NCBI GenBank assembly: GCA_951406725.2
Contig: OX597823.1
Span: 79,794,001 to 79,858,000 of the forward strand
From: Octopus vulgaris
Lineage: Eukaryota
DNA length: 64,000 nt
Direction of reading: 5' to 3'
Below are positions 25,474 through 37,993 of the stretch, piece after piece (within the stretch, counting starts at the first letter, position 1; every line of letters begins with the position of its first letter). Both the position numbers and the translations under genes were made by a program. The notes beneath the pieces were generated by a model, which was not told the DNA's origin, did not search any database, and saw only the letters and a program-made list of their open reading frames with translations.

Positions 25474-25665
25474 TATATTATATTAAATTAGAGATAAAAC
25501 CACTATTAGGCAAATCAAACAATGAAAAACATAAGCCAATACATAAAATTAATTTAATATATTTAAAATAATATAAATTAAATTAATTTTATGTATTGGC
25601 TTATGTTTTTCATTGTTTGATTTGCCTAATAGTGGTTTTGTCTCTAAGTTAATATAATATAATAT
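25470..25665. repeat. Long inverted repeat (arms of about 89 bp, 18-bp spacer)
   Basis: 25470-25558 is the reverse complement of 25577-25665 with two mismatches; the right arm plus downstream sequence matches 30064-30156. Confidence 0.9.
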
Positions 25666-25738
25666 ATTTATACTATAAAATTGGATTTAATCCTAAATCT
25701 GATTTTTCCCTGTAAGTTTGGATTTATTCCTAATATTT

Positions 25739-25790
<52 letters not shown>

Positions 25791-25985
25791 CATTAATAGT
25801 TTTTTAATCGACAGAACACTTTTGTAACTTTCTGCCGATTAAACATCTGTCTATCTATCTCACTGTATTTATTTCTCACTCATTCATAAAATAGTTTTCG
25901 GTTGGAATCGAACCGGTTGTTCTGTTCAGAGAATCGCTATCACCATTCATGTTCCTTGTGTTTTATTGTTAATATTTCCTTAATC

Positions 25986-26127
25986 AACATTTCTACTATA
26001 CCTGTCTTTTCTCTTTTTTGTTGGTGTTTTTTTACCTTTTGATGTAATGAAAGATTGAGCGGAATCATTTATTTTCTTTCTGCTTTTTCTTGTTTGTTTT
26101 AAGGTTTGCCTAGGTTTTTTTCATATC
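25986..26127 (+). repeat. Interspersed repeat shared with 23941-24066
   Basis: AACATTTCTACT...GATGYAATGAAAGATTGAGCGG...GTTTGCC..GTTTTTTCATAT in both. Confidence 0.7.
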
Positions 26128-26177
26128 TTATGAGTAAATTTTAGGATGTACGAGGATGTATATATATATATATATAT

Positions 26178-26380
26178 GCTGATTCGCTAGCTTCTGCACG
26201 CATTTTTTTTCTCTCCTTGTTTCTCTCCGTGTTTCTTTTCTGTGTATCTTTCTGTTGAAGAGCGTAGGCTCGAAACGTAAAAGACTTGTTTTATTTATAT
26301 TCCTGAGCGTCATACTAATACAATTGTTTGTTTGTATTCCACCTGCCTTCGTCCTTTGTTTATTTTCATAAAGCTTCCCG

Positions 26381-26381
<1 letters not shown>
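26178..26381 (+). mobile_element. Penelope-terminus-like repeat with a minimal HHR variant (26247-26284)
   Basis: (TA)n on both sides; UCUUU-CUGUUGA-A-GAGC-GUAG-GCUC-GAAA-CG-UA-AAAGA. Confidence 0.7.
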
Positions 26382-26428
<47 letters not shown>

Positions 26429-26761
26429 CAAAGTAAAAGGGATTACTAAATCTAGTTAGATACCTATTAAGCACTCAGTATTAAACGAATTTGGTTAGCT
26501 ATATCCAACAATCAGGTACCTATAAATAGAAGTAGAATTAACATCCAAGGTAATTCTTCATGTATGACAAGTAAACCCAGATATCACTTAGAAGAATTTC
26601 GGAGTATAAGACAATACGAAGAAGAATATACTGAAAAGTGTGCAAAAAACAAAAGAAAGGTGTAATTAATTTGACACTCGGGAAAATGAAAGAACCTTTC
26701 ACGTTTTGAGCCTACTATCTTCTTCTACAGAAGATATATATATATATATATATATATATTA

Positions 26762-27079
26762 GTGAAGGTTTAGTCGTTAAAGTATTCAGCTCACGATCAC
26801 AAGGTCACGAGTTCAATTCCCGGCGACGCGTTGTGTCCTTCAGCAAGACACTTTATTTCACGTTGCTCCAATCCACTCAGTTGGCAAAAATGAGTAGTAT
26901 GTATCATTCAAAGAGCCAGCCTAGTCACATTCTGCGTCATGCTGGATCTCCTTGAGAGCTACGTTAAGGATACGCTTGTCAGTGGAGTGCTCAGCCACTT
27001 GCAAGTTAATTTCACGAGCAGGCTGTTCCGTTGATCGGTTCAGCTGGAACCTTCGCCGTCCTCAGCGACGGAGTACCAG
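26762..27079 (+). mobile_element. tRNA-derived SINE family E (CORE-like centre plus family C tail)
   Basis: GTTGTGTCCTTCAGCAAGACACTTTATTTCACGTTGCTCC centre; GTGGAGTGCTCAGCCACTT..GCAGGCTGTTCCGTTGATCGG tail. Confidence 0.8.
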
Positions 27080-27080
27080 T

Positions 27081-27189
<109 letters not shown>

Positions 27190-27190
27190 T

Positions 27191-27248
<58 letters not shown>

Positions 27249-27249
27249 C

Positions 27250-27662
27250 AGCGAGTTGGCAGAAACGTTAGCACGTCAGGCGAAATGCTTAGCAGTATTT
27301 CGTCTGCCGCTACGTTATGAGTTCAAATTCCGCCGAGGTCGACTTTGCCTTTCATCCTTTCGGGGTCGATTAAATAAGTACCAGTTAGGCACTGGGGTCG
27401 ATATAATCGACTTAATCCGTTTGCCTGTAAGTGTTTGTCCTCTCTATGTTTAGCCCGTTGTGGGTAGTAAAGAAATAGGTATTTCGTCTGCCGCTACGTT
27501 CTGAGTTCAAATTCCGCTGAGGTCGATTTTGCCTTTCATCCTTTCGGGATCGATAGATTAAGTACCAGTTACACACTGGGATCGATGTAAACGACTTAAT
27601 ACCCTTTGTCTGTGCTTTTTTGTCGTCTCTATGTTTAGCCCCTTGTGGGCAATAAAGAAATA

Positions 27663-27663
<1 letters not shown>
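27250..27663 (+). mobile_element. SINE family B dimer
   Basis: Two units joined at AAGAAATAGGTATTTCG. Confidence 0.85.
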
Positions 27664-27738
<75 letters not shown>

Positions 27739-27845
27739 GGAGCCTAAACTTTGAGTCAAAGCAGATCAACACGTTAGGGCGCCAGTTACAACGACGACGA
27801 CACGCCACTGATAGCTTTTGTCATTATGTTGTTAATAGTTTGACT

Positions 27846-28232
27846 GGGCAATGGCCCAGTGGTTAGGGCAGCGGACTCGCGGTCGTAGGATCGTGGTTTC
27901 GATTCCCAGACCGGGCGTTGTGAGTGTTTATTGAGCGAAAACACCTAAACGCTCCACGAGGCTCCGGCAGGGATGGTGGTGATCCCTGCTGTACTCTTTC
28001 ACCACAACTTTCTCTCACTCTTACTTCCTGTTTCTGTTGTACCTGTATTTCAAAGGGCCGGCCTTGTCACTCACTGTGTCACGCTGAATATCCCCGAGAA
28101 CTACGTTGAGGGTACACGTGTCTGTGGAGTGCTCAGCCACTTACACGTTAATTTCACGAGCAGGCTGTTCCGTTAATTCGGATTAACCGGAACCCTCGTC
28201 GTCGTAACCGACGGAGTGCTTCCATTCCATCC
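27846..28232 (+). mobile_element. SINE family C
   Basis: TSD AGTTTGACT (27837-27845, 28233-28241); TCCAT-repeat tail. Confidence 0.9.
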
Positions 28233-28811
28233 AGTTTGACTTGACAATTGCAAGACTGGGTCAATGATTCCAACTAAATAATCAATTGGTTTACTGATTT
28301 GTCTTTTGTTTAATTATTGGTTTGGTGTGTTCATAGGAACTAAATTGCAGATTGCAAGAGTTTTCTTTAATGACTAGTCAGACTAATGAGGGCGTGTGGT
28401 GTAGTGATTAGCGTGTTGTACACACGATCACGCGTTCCTTGGTTCGATTGCCGGACCGGGCGTTGTGATGCGTTATAATTTTGAAGCAAAATACTTCATG
28501 TCCCGTTGCTCTCCGATATCCGACGTATGACACACCGCGCACCTGCATAGGTAATGTTGAGTCAATCCAATGTTAAGTTAGTATAAGAAGCGTATATAGC
28601 AGTCTACTAGTGCGATGTTTAATGCAATGAAACAATGTGGCTTTTAATAAACTTGTTTTTTATTTATTTATTTATTAATTAATTGAGGGATTAATTCATT
28701 TACGTAATTCACAAACTTTGCTCATCTCTCTCTAGTTTCATCTTCAAATTACTTTATTTCGCCTGAAGCATTTAAAAAAAAATATTTTATTTATTTCTTT
28801 CTTTTCTTTTA

Positions 28812-29214
28812 TCTTTTACTTGTTTCAGTCATTTGACTGCGGCCATGCTGGAGCACCGCCTTTAGGCGAGCTAATCGACCCCAGGACTTATTCTTTGTAA
28901 GCCCAGTACTTATTCTATCGGTCTCTTTTGCCGAACCGCTAAGTGACGGGGACGTAAACACACCAGCATCGATTGTCAAGCAATGCTAGGGGGACAAACA
29001 CAGACACACAAACATACACACACACATACATTTATATATATACATATATACGACAGGCTTCTTTCAGTTTCCATCTACCAAATCCACTCACAGGGCATTG
29101 GTCGGCCCGGGGCTATAGTAGAAGACACTTGCCCAAGATGCCACGCAGTGGGACTGAACCCGGAACCATGTGGTTGGTTAGCAAGCTACTTACCACACAG
29201 CCACTCCTGCGCCT
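28812..29214 (-). mobile_element. SINE family A
   Basis: Near-identical to 853-1245. Confidence 0.9.
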
Positions 29215-29279
29215 AAATTTGTACATATTTACTCTCACCTTCCCGATTTCACTTACCTTATAGTTTCTCTAATTCGTTA

Positions 29280-29283
<4 letters not shown>

Positions 29284-29314
<31 letters not shown>

Positions 29315-29615
29315 CTCCATCTTCCTCCATGTCTCTCTTTCACTTACACATTGTTCCTGCCTCTCTGTCTCTTCCCCCCTCACTCTCTCTCCTTCTCCTG
29401 TTTTCTCCACACACACATTCTCTCTTTCTCTCTCTTACTTTCATTCTCTCCCTCTCTTCCTCCCACCCTCCCTCACATATTGTTACTGCCTCTGTCCCTG
29501 TCCCCTCTCTCCCTTCTCTTTCTCCCCCTCTCTCTTTCTCTTTCTTGCTCTCTCTCTCTCTCTTCCATCTACATATTGTCCCTATCTATCTGACTCTCTG
29601 TGTCTCTGTGACTCT
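29284..29615. repeat. Polypyrimidine/(CT)n low-complexity tract
   Basis: Composition. Confidence 0.85.
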
Positions 29616-29659
29616 GTTTTACCTCTAGCTCATTGTTGGCTTATATCTTCTGTTATCTT

Positions 29660-29995
29660 CATTTACTTGTTAAGTCACTGGACTGCGGCCATGCAGGGAC
29701 TTCGTCCGGAAGGGTTTTAGTCGAACAAACTGACTTTAATACTTATATTTTTTGAAGTCTGGCATTCATCATACATCTTTTGTTGAACTGCTAAGTGATG
29801 AGCGACACTCCAACACACGCACGCGCGCGAAACAGGCCTTCATACAGTTCCTGTTTACCAAATTCACACACAATGATTTGGCCAACTTGGAGTTCTAGTA
29901 GAAGATATTTGCCCAAGGTGCCGGGCAGTGGGATTGAACCCCAAAAGCTGTGATTGCAAATCAAGTTTCTTAACCACAGATCCATGCCTTCGCCT
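29660..29995 (-). mobile_element. SINE family A, diverged
   Basis: TTGCCCAAGGTGCC..GGGATTGAACC and GACTGCGGCCATGC. Confidence 0.7.
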
Positions 29996-30154
29996 AAACA
30001 TACGAACACATATACATACATACGTACATATATATATATATATACATACATATACAATATACATTGCCTAATAGTGGTTTTATATCTAATTTAATATATA
30101 TATTTATACTATAAAATTAGATTTAATCCTAAATCTAATTTTTCCCTGTAAGTT

Positions 30155-30192
<38 letters not shown>

Positions 30193-30225
30193 CATATATA
30201 CATAGATATATATACATACATACAT

Positions 30226-30276
<51 letters not shown>

Positions 30277-30319
30277 CTCACATAATATATACTTTACACT
30301 CGCCATAGAATATATTTTT

Positions 30320-30635
30320 TATTCAACCTTTTTTATATATATATTTCATATATTACATACATTTATCATTTTACTCATAAATTTTATATATATCATATAT
30401 TTCATATATTTAATACATTTCACATATTTCATAATTTTATTCATATTTTTTTCGATATATTCATATATTTCATATATTCATAATTAAATTCATAATTACT
30501 TCATATATTTCACATACGCATATATTTCATATATCCATAATTTTATTTATAATTATTTTTATATATTTCACATATTCATATATATCATATATATTTCATA
30601 TATCCATAATTAAATTCATGATTTTTATATATTTC
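30320..30635. repeat. Degenerate AT-rich minisatellite (ATATTTCAT/CATATT units)
   Basis: Repeated TTCATATATTTCACATA-like units. Confidence 0.7.
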
Positions 30636-30908
30636 TCCTCACAATCTTCGCTAAGTGGAATTGTGCTTCTCTTCTAAAAGAAAAGCACCGTCAATGGTAG
30701 ACTGTGTGCGTTGTTACGTTTAGTGCCGCTGTAGTTTTTCGAACATTGTTTGGGTAAGCTTGTTAATAGTGTAGCGTATCTGAAAAAGACGAACAAAAAG
30801 AAAGCGTAAGTTATCGACATATTTTACAAGGAATTTTAATAACAAACTCATAAATATGCACATGCACATACACAAACATATATGCGCCTGTGTATACATA
30901 GACACACA

Positions 30909-31403
30909 CCGTAAATCCTCGAGTATAATCCGCCCTTGAGTATAATACGCAGAGGATTTTTAGGGGGCTGTACTTCTGAAAAACCTAAACCTTGTGTATA
31001 ATACGCACTCCTTCTCTAACTTGAGTCAAGGAGGTCTACATAACGTCCTTGGTTCGTAAAAATGTATACGGTAACGTATATATAACATAATGCAAACGTG
31101 TAACATTTTTGTGCATTTTGTTTGCAGAAAATAAAGAAATAACAGTAATAACGTTTAATAAATGTTGCTTACTGCAAGTTATGGATGATTCTTTTATGAC
31201 TTCATTGCTTTCAGGCTTAGCTTAAGGTATTTTCGCACCCGACATCACAAAATGCGTCTGAATAAACGTTGTCGGACAGCAAATAGAGACTCGGACATTT
31301 CTTAGAAAATAATTTTCATTTTTAACCTAGTATATAATACGTACTAGGGATTTTGACCTTTAAATTTTTGGGGGAAATGCGGATTATACTCCAGGATTTA
31401 CGG
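30909..31403. mobile_element. pogo/Tigger-like MITE, second copy
   Basis: Same TIRs and both ends as 5226-5746; different central segment. Confidence 0.85.
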
Positions 31404-31734
31404 TAAATATATACACATCCGTATGTGTCATAGGTATACGTATATGCACATTGTATCTCGACTCTGTCCGATAATGCGTTCGGCATGAGGAAATGATCTT
31501 TATACATTGCATTTAAAATTTACTATCCTCGATTATCAATCGCAGAAGTGTGTGTAATCGAAGAAATAAAGAAATATCGAATTCATCCTTCATGTTTTTC
31601 TCTCATAACAGATATGTTTTTTTTATATTACGTAAGAGCCTATGCGTGTCACATAGAACATTATTGAATCGGGCATCAGAGGGAGTTTAATGTGAATATT
31701 GTTAAGAGCTGCAATCAACAGGTAAATTTGTTGC

Positions 31735-32062
31735 ACACCTAACGCATCTGTGCGGTAAGAAGCTTGTTTCCCAACCACATGGTTCTGGGTTCAGTATCAC
31801 AGCATGGCACCTTGGGCAAGTGTCTTCTACTTCTTCGGGCCGAGCAAAACCTTGTGAGTGGGTTTGGTAGATGGAAAGTGGGTTTTGTAGATGGAAAAAG
31901 CCGTCGTATATATATATATGTATATGTATGTGTGTGTGTGAGAGAGAGAGAGAAGGGAGAGAGTTCCCTACTACTGCTTGATAACCGGTGTGTTTAGATC
32001 CCCGTAACTTAGCGGTTTGGCAAATGCGACGGATTGCATAAGTACTGGGGTCAATTCATTTG
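31735..32062 (+). mobile_element. SINE family A, diverged
   Basis: CCAACCACATGGTTCTGGGTTCAG..GGCACCTTGGGCAAGTGTC. Confidence 0.75.
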
Positions 32063-32087
32063 ATCATATATATATATATATATATAA

Positions 32088-33698
32088 TAGAAATATGTTA
32101 CAAAAAGAAAATAGAAACTACACGTGGAAATGTAAGGGTAAAGTAAGAAGAAAAAAGCGAAAATGCATATTGGAAATCAAAAGTAAAGGCTTTTTATGAA
32201 AAGTAACGATAGATATATACAATTAGATGAACTGAGGTATGAATAAAAGTAATAAAAGTCATTATTGTGAATTGTTAAAGAGATTCAAAGGTATACCGGT
32301 TTCGTAAAATTACTGTTCACTGGTTTTAAATGCGCACCGATTACCGAACGGTGTTGGGTCTACTAGTCTCTGAGTAAAAAGATTATGTGTAAGGGAGGTA
32401 AGTGATTCTAGATTTGATTTAATTAGGGTAGCTATAATACTGCAATGTGAATGGTGTATGGGGTTTAGTGGTATTAATTGAAAGGTTAGTAGTGTTCTGT
32501 ATTATGTTATATGTTCATATTGAGTTGTGGAAGATATTTATTGATGAAAGTTGCCTCTTTATTCATTTTTGTTGTACTAAGGTGTCCTGTGAACATTGAT
32601 AGAAGGGGAAAATTAGGAAATTAGGATTAAGGTTCCTAGCACACCTTTCTATGTGTTCAATGACCTGTATCTGCCTGTATTGTGGGTGGCGGATTTGTTG
32701 TTTGTGGAGAGTGGTTCTTCGACGGAGTGATATTCCTGTTTGGCCAATATGCTGATTACCGCACCCTAAGCAGGTAATGGTATAGATTAGGTTTTCCGAG
32801 GCACAGGTGAAACTTGATTTAATCTTAAATATTTCACCTTGTGGGTTCAGTGTAACTCTGAACCCTCCAAAAGGTGGGGGCATGAGCCACAGTTAGGTCG
32901 ACCACATTTTTTTAACTTTTGGTTCCGTTGTTAATGGATATAGTCTTGTGCTGGTTAATATTTTTTCAATGATTTGTATTTTGCTTTTGATAATTTTGTG
33001 TGAGCCTAAAATTTTGTTTTATCTCTTGTGAGGATGGGTAGATTTTGGATGATAATTTTGAAGGCTTCGTTGTTTCTAGGGTTATGTGTGGAGGTGTATG
33101 GGAGTACTTTTAAGTCTGGTGTAGTATTTCGGTTGACTTCCCTGAATGTTCCTATATCTATTTCCTTTGCTCATTTAATGCCATCATTTCTTAATGATAT
33201 TCGGTAATGTCTTTTGATTGGTATTGATCTGAGTTCAAGGAGTCTTCGTTCACGAGTACAGGTGTCCGAAACTATGGTACAGATTCTTTTCGCTAGATTA
33301 TAAGGTATATTAATTTTTATGTGTTTGGAGTGGCATGAGTTGACTAACAGGTATTGTTTTGTATCTGTGGGTTTGTAGAAGATGCCTGTTTCGATGTGGT
33401 TATTGGCTATTTTAATTAGGATGTCAAAAAAAGGGAGTTGTTTATTGCTGTGCTCCATGGTGAATTGTATGTTGCTATTGATATTGTTGCGCTTTATTTT
33501 GAAATCGAGGAGTTTGTCCATGCTGTCTTTCCAAAGTATAAAGCAATTGTCCAAATACCTCTTGCAGTTCTCCTTTAAATAGCAATGAAATGAGATGACA
33601 TATTTTTGTAGTGATGATTGATATATTTTAAGCTCTAGGTAACCCATTACAAGGTTCGCAATCACTGGGGCAGCTCGGGTTCCCATTGCAATCCCACA
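32088..33698 (-). pseudogene. 5'-truncated Penelope-like retroelement (RT C-terminus, GIY-YIG endonuclease, 3' terminal region)
   Basis: GIAMGTRAAPVIANLVM..RYLDNCFILW..QFTMEH..LPFFDI..YKPTD (33171-33698); FTCASENLIYTITCLGCGNQHIGQTGISLRRR (32563-32883); bounded by (TA)n at both ends. Confidence 0.92.
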
Positions 33699-33914
33699 TA
33701 TATATATATATATATATGTGTGTGTGGAGGGAGAGAGAGAGAAAGAGATAGAGAGGAAGAAAGAGAGAGGAGAGAGAAAGAGAGACAGATAGACAGACAG
33801 ACAGACAGACAGACAGTTGCATTTCAATCCCGAGACCGTTGAGTTTGATAAGTTATCGTGCGCAGCGTCTTTTCATCATAACAAAAATCCATAAAAACAA
33901 GAATTGTTTCAATT

Positions 33915-34600
33915 TTAAGAGTAGGAGCTTAGTCGGTTTCATCGAACCCAGTATAAAACTGGTACTTTATCGGTTATGGAAGGCAAAACTGACCGCAGCA
34001 GGATTTGAACTCTGAAACTATAGAGCTGGAAGAGATGCCGCTAAGCATTTTGCCCGACGCGTTAATGATTTTATCTGCTTCGTTCCTTTTTTATTGGCTT
34101 CAAATCTTAGCACGAGGCCAGCAGTTTTGAAGGAATGGTGTTAGGCACCACCTTCGATCCAAGAACTTGTCTGATACTATATTTTATTGAACCCGAAAAT
34201 ATGAAAAACAAAGTTGACCTCGGCAGGATTAGAACCGAAATTAATAGCGCAAAATATTTTGTGCGATGCTCTACTGATTCTTTCAATCTACCACCCTTAT
34301 TTGTTTCTAATACGCTCTGCCAACTCTCACAAACCTTCGCCATTAATTAATTTCTAATCTAGGCAAAAGGCCACTAGTTTGTGGAAGGAGAATTCGACCC
34401 CAGTAATTGACTGGTACTTTTTACTTTACGAAAGGATGAAAGACAAAAATGACTTGGGTGGATTCTGAAATCGGAAGGTAAAGAACTAGATGTCATGTTC
34501 TTAGATCATATTCTCGCCAGGATCAATATTGATTTTCATCCCTCTGGAGTCAATAAAATAATACTCTTGATTTTAAACCAATCTAATCGACTAAACCCCA
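33915..34600. mobile_element. Cluster of degenerate SINE family B copies
   Basis: Repeated AAAGTTGACCTCGGCAGGATT / GGATTTGAACTC / CTGGTACT motifs. Confidence 0.6.
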
Positions 34601-34663
34601 CCATCATATCATCGACACAGGCATTCATACCAAATTCAAGGTTTTATGCTACACAAATCACTA

Positions 34664-35108
34664 TAGGCGTGGATGTGTGGTTAAAAAGCTTGCTTCCCAA
34701 TCACATGGTTCTGGGTTCAGTCTTACTGTGCAGTACCTTGAGCAAGTGTCTTTTGCTATAAGTTTCAGTCAATCAGAAACTTATGAATGAATTTGGTAGA
34801 CAGAAACTGAAAGAAGCCCATCATATATGCACATGCATATATATATATATATTTGCGTGTGTGTGTATGTGTGTGTGTGTACGTGTGTGCGTGTGTGCTC
34901 GCGCGAGGGTTTGTCCTCTACCACCTCTTGACAACCAGTGTTGGTGTGTTTACGTCCCCGTATCATAGTGGTTCGGCAAAAGAGATTGATAGAATAAGTG
35001 CCCGGCTTAAAAGAAAAATATAAATACTAGGGCTTATTCATTCGACTAAAATTATTCAAGGCGTTGCCTCAGCATGGCCGTAGTCTAACGATTGAAACAA
35101 GTATAAAA
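34664..35108 (+). mobile_element. SINE family A
   Basis: Head, internal microsatellite and CAGCATGGCCG..GAAACAAGTA tail. Confidence 0.8.
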
Positions 35109-35668
35109 AATGTTAATATAAAGAACCTTAAAGAGGTGGTGATGTGTGATCTGTCAAGTACCAAACATTGCTTAATGCTATTTAGATTTATTCCGTGTAG
35201 GAAATATCTCTAGTTTCGACTTTATACTTGGACCATTTATCATATACTAGTATTCGAATGTAAGAAATTTTTAAAAGCTGGTCTCCTCAGAACAGAGTAC
35301 TTTTGAAAACGTCAAGCTTGTTACTGCTTCATGTAGTTTTGTTATATTAATTCACGACAAAATCAATACAATATGATAACCGATGACCCACTTTCGATGC
35401 TCAGGTTGTGCTAATTTACTTCATCCTCTTTCTTCCGAAATACATCACAAAATCACATTTTATTCCGAGAGCTGCGGAAAAGTTGATTTTTGGACAAAAT
35501 GCCTTATGTGATTTCAGATAAATTTAGCTGCATTTTGTAGCTCCCTGCTGACGATATTTAAACCAGGTGAAATCTGGGTGAATCCTGGGTGAAACTTGAG
35601 TCAACCTAGTTGAGCAAACCTATGATCAATGGCATTCAATAAGTGACGAAACAAACTTTATTTGAACA

Positions 35669-35983
35669 CTAGCACTATGACCCGGCAACGTCGGGTCATA
35701 ATGCTAGTGCATGCATATACAGCTGCATGCGTGCGCACATAAACGCGAGTACTGACCAAATCTCCGACCAATCACACACAGCTAGCTGGCATTCAATTGG
35801 CGTATCAAGTTTTTGGCATTTTGGGGTTTTGGATAGAAAATTCACAAAAAAGGTCACTTCTATTGATTTTTTAATGGCTTTGCGGAAATGTAAAGATGTG
35901 GACGACCACCCTTGGACAGTTTTGAATGATGACCATAGAAAGTGCGAGCCCTCTAACTGAAAAATTATGGATTTGTATAAAGG

Positions 35984-36039
<56 letters not shown>

Positions 36040-36062
36040 TTTGCCGTTTATATATATATACT
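35669..36062 (-). mobile_element. Non-autonomous Helitron inserted in a family H repeat
   Basis: 3' end CTAG|T with hairpin ATGACCCGGC-AAC-GTCGGGTCAT; 5' region AAACGGCAAAATG(TG)n shared with 8341-8850. Confidence 0.75.
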
Positions 36063-36528
36063 AGTATTTGGAGCTACATTATCCATGCATTGCTTTTTTT
36101 AAGGCCGTAGGCTAGATTTGAGGAATATCTGGCTTCTATATCTAATAGTGTGAGTGACCTCATAGAGAATTCCTCTTAATTCCTCTTTAACCATTATTGT
36201 GTCGGGTGGCAGCGGCAGTGGTGGCGGTGCTGGTGTGTTTCGGTGTATTCATACCATGTATTCTATACATTTTATTCGTTCTCTCAAGAAATGTTTACTA
36301 ACCCATTTCTTTTTTACTTTTTAAACTTTTTAAACTTTCAGAACTTTTTCCGTCTTCTTCTTTCGCTGTTTTCCATTCTACAACCGTTAGCAATATTTTT
36401 TATATGTACGTATATATATACATATATATAAAAAAAGGCCCTCAGTCACATTTAAAAAAAAAAACTTGATATTTGCTTTAACTTGTCAGATGATTATTAA
36501 ACTAACAGACTTTTTGTCTACATCTTAG

Positions 36529-36544
36529 CAGCCAATAATAGCAG
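36529..36544 (+). other. Candidate 13/16-nt exon (NAGNAG acceptor)
   Basis: ACTAAC branch motif (36501), TTTTTGTCTACATCTTAG|CAG acceptor, consensus CAG|GTAAGT donor. Confidence 0.35.
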
Positions 36545-37256
36545 GTAAGTAACATGTTGAAAGGAATCAAGATTTGTTTTTTTCTTATAAGTTGAGTAAA
36601 TAGCATCTGTCTGAAATTTTCCATCGCTTCATTTTCAGTAATTTTATACTCACCCAAACTTTATGCTAATGCATGCAATTAACTAGCCCCACCCACATTG
36701 TTTATGTATGTTTTAAGAAGACTTGAATGAAAGAAAGTACAATTAATCTTTCTGTTTGCTAGTCTAAAGTATGTGTAAATTTTACTATAGTAGTTTTGTT
36801 TTTGTTTTATTTTTTTCCACTGTAATTTGATTTAATCTCGGGACCGTTAAGCTCTTAATCTAACAATTAACTTCCGCATAGCTCAACGTTCAGTCCTTGT
36901 TAGATGTTCTACCGACGTTAGGTAAAGTCAGATGTTTATAGTGCTTTTAACCAGACCACAGCAAAAGTGTAATAGCATATTAATCGATAAGATCTGCATG
37001 AATGGAAGACAAAGTCAATCTTAGTGGCATTTTAACTCACAACACAAAGGAACATAAACATTGCATAACATTTTGTCCAATACTCTACCGTTTCAAAAAA
37101 ATTCACCACTCTAAAACTGATTAATTATATATTTAAAAAGCTTGATTGCAAACGAGTTAAGACGTGATAGCTTGTACCATGCTTTTGTTAATTGTTTAAG
37201 TTGCCCGTATTATCGCAAATAGACACTTGGAATTTTGCCATTCTTTGACTCTCGGC

Positions 37257-37517
37257 GTGGAGGCGCGTGGCTTAGTGGTTAGGGTGTCAGCATCATGATC
37301 GTAAGATTGTGGTTTCGATTCCTGGACCGGGCGACGCGTTGTGTTCTTGAGCAAAACACGTCATTTCGCGTTGCTCCAGTCCACTCAGCTGGCAAAAATG
37401 AGTTACTTTGCGATGGACTAGCGTCCCGTCCATCTAGGGAACACACCCCCCAATGAAACCGGGAAACCGGGCCCATGAGCCTGGCTAGGCTTTAAAAAGG
37501 ACGCATTTATTTTATTT
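37257..37517 (+). mobile_element. tRNA-derived SINE family F (CORE-like centre plus family D tail)
   Basis: 13-bp TSD TTTGACTCTCGGC (37244-37256, 37518-37530); TGCGATGGACTAGCGTCCCGTCCA..GAAACCGGGAAACCGG tail. Confidence 0.9.
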
Positions 37518-37872
37518 TTTGACTCTCGGCACATCCTGGATGGCCCAGCTAATGACAGATAATGCTGTACCAGCAATCAGTTGGAACTAATTTTCACCCG
37601 AGAAGACTGGAGTAATATGAGAATGATATTCCTTGCTCAAAGACACATCGCGATGGCCGGTATCGAGAATCGAACCAACGACTTTCTGATCCGTTTGTCC
37701 GACGCTCTCAACATTCGGCCTCATACATTAATTCTGAGGGCAACTATATATGATAGAAGCCTATTACAAAAGAAAAAGAAAAGAAAAGAAGAAAATCTAA
37801 TTACCAGCTAGAAGCTACAAAACAAAAAGCTTGGAAAAGCTTTCCGAATGGCTTGTGTATTATACGTGTGTA

Positions 37873-37993
<121 letters not shown>

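Noticed and set aside
25870-25935. Minus-strand GGUU-CGAUUCC-AACC-GAAA hairpin preceded by CUGAACA
   Set aside because: Spacing and stem III do not fit a hammerhead core
27846-27925. tRNA-like sequences at SINE heads (also about 13835-13907, 15010-15084, 23610-23675, 37257-37335)
   Set aside because: They have A/B boxes but no proper acceptor stem and continue into SINE bodies, most with TSDs; not tRNA genes
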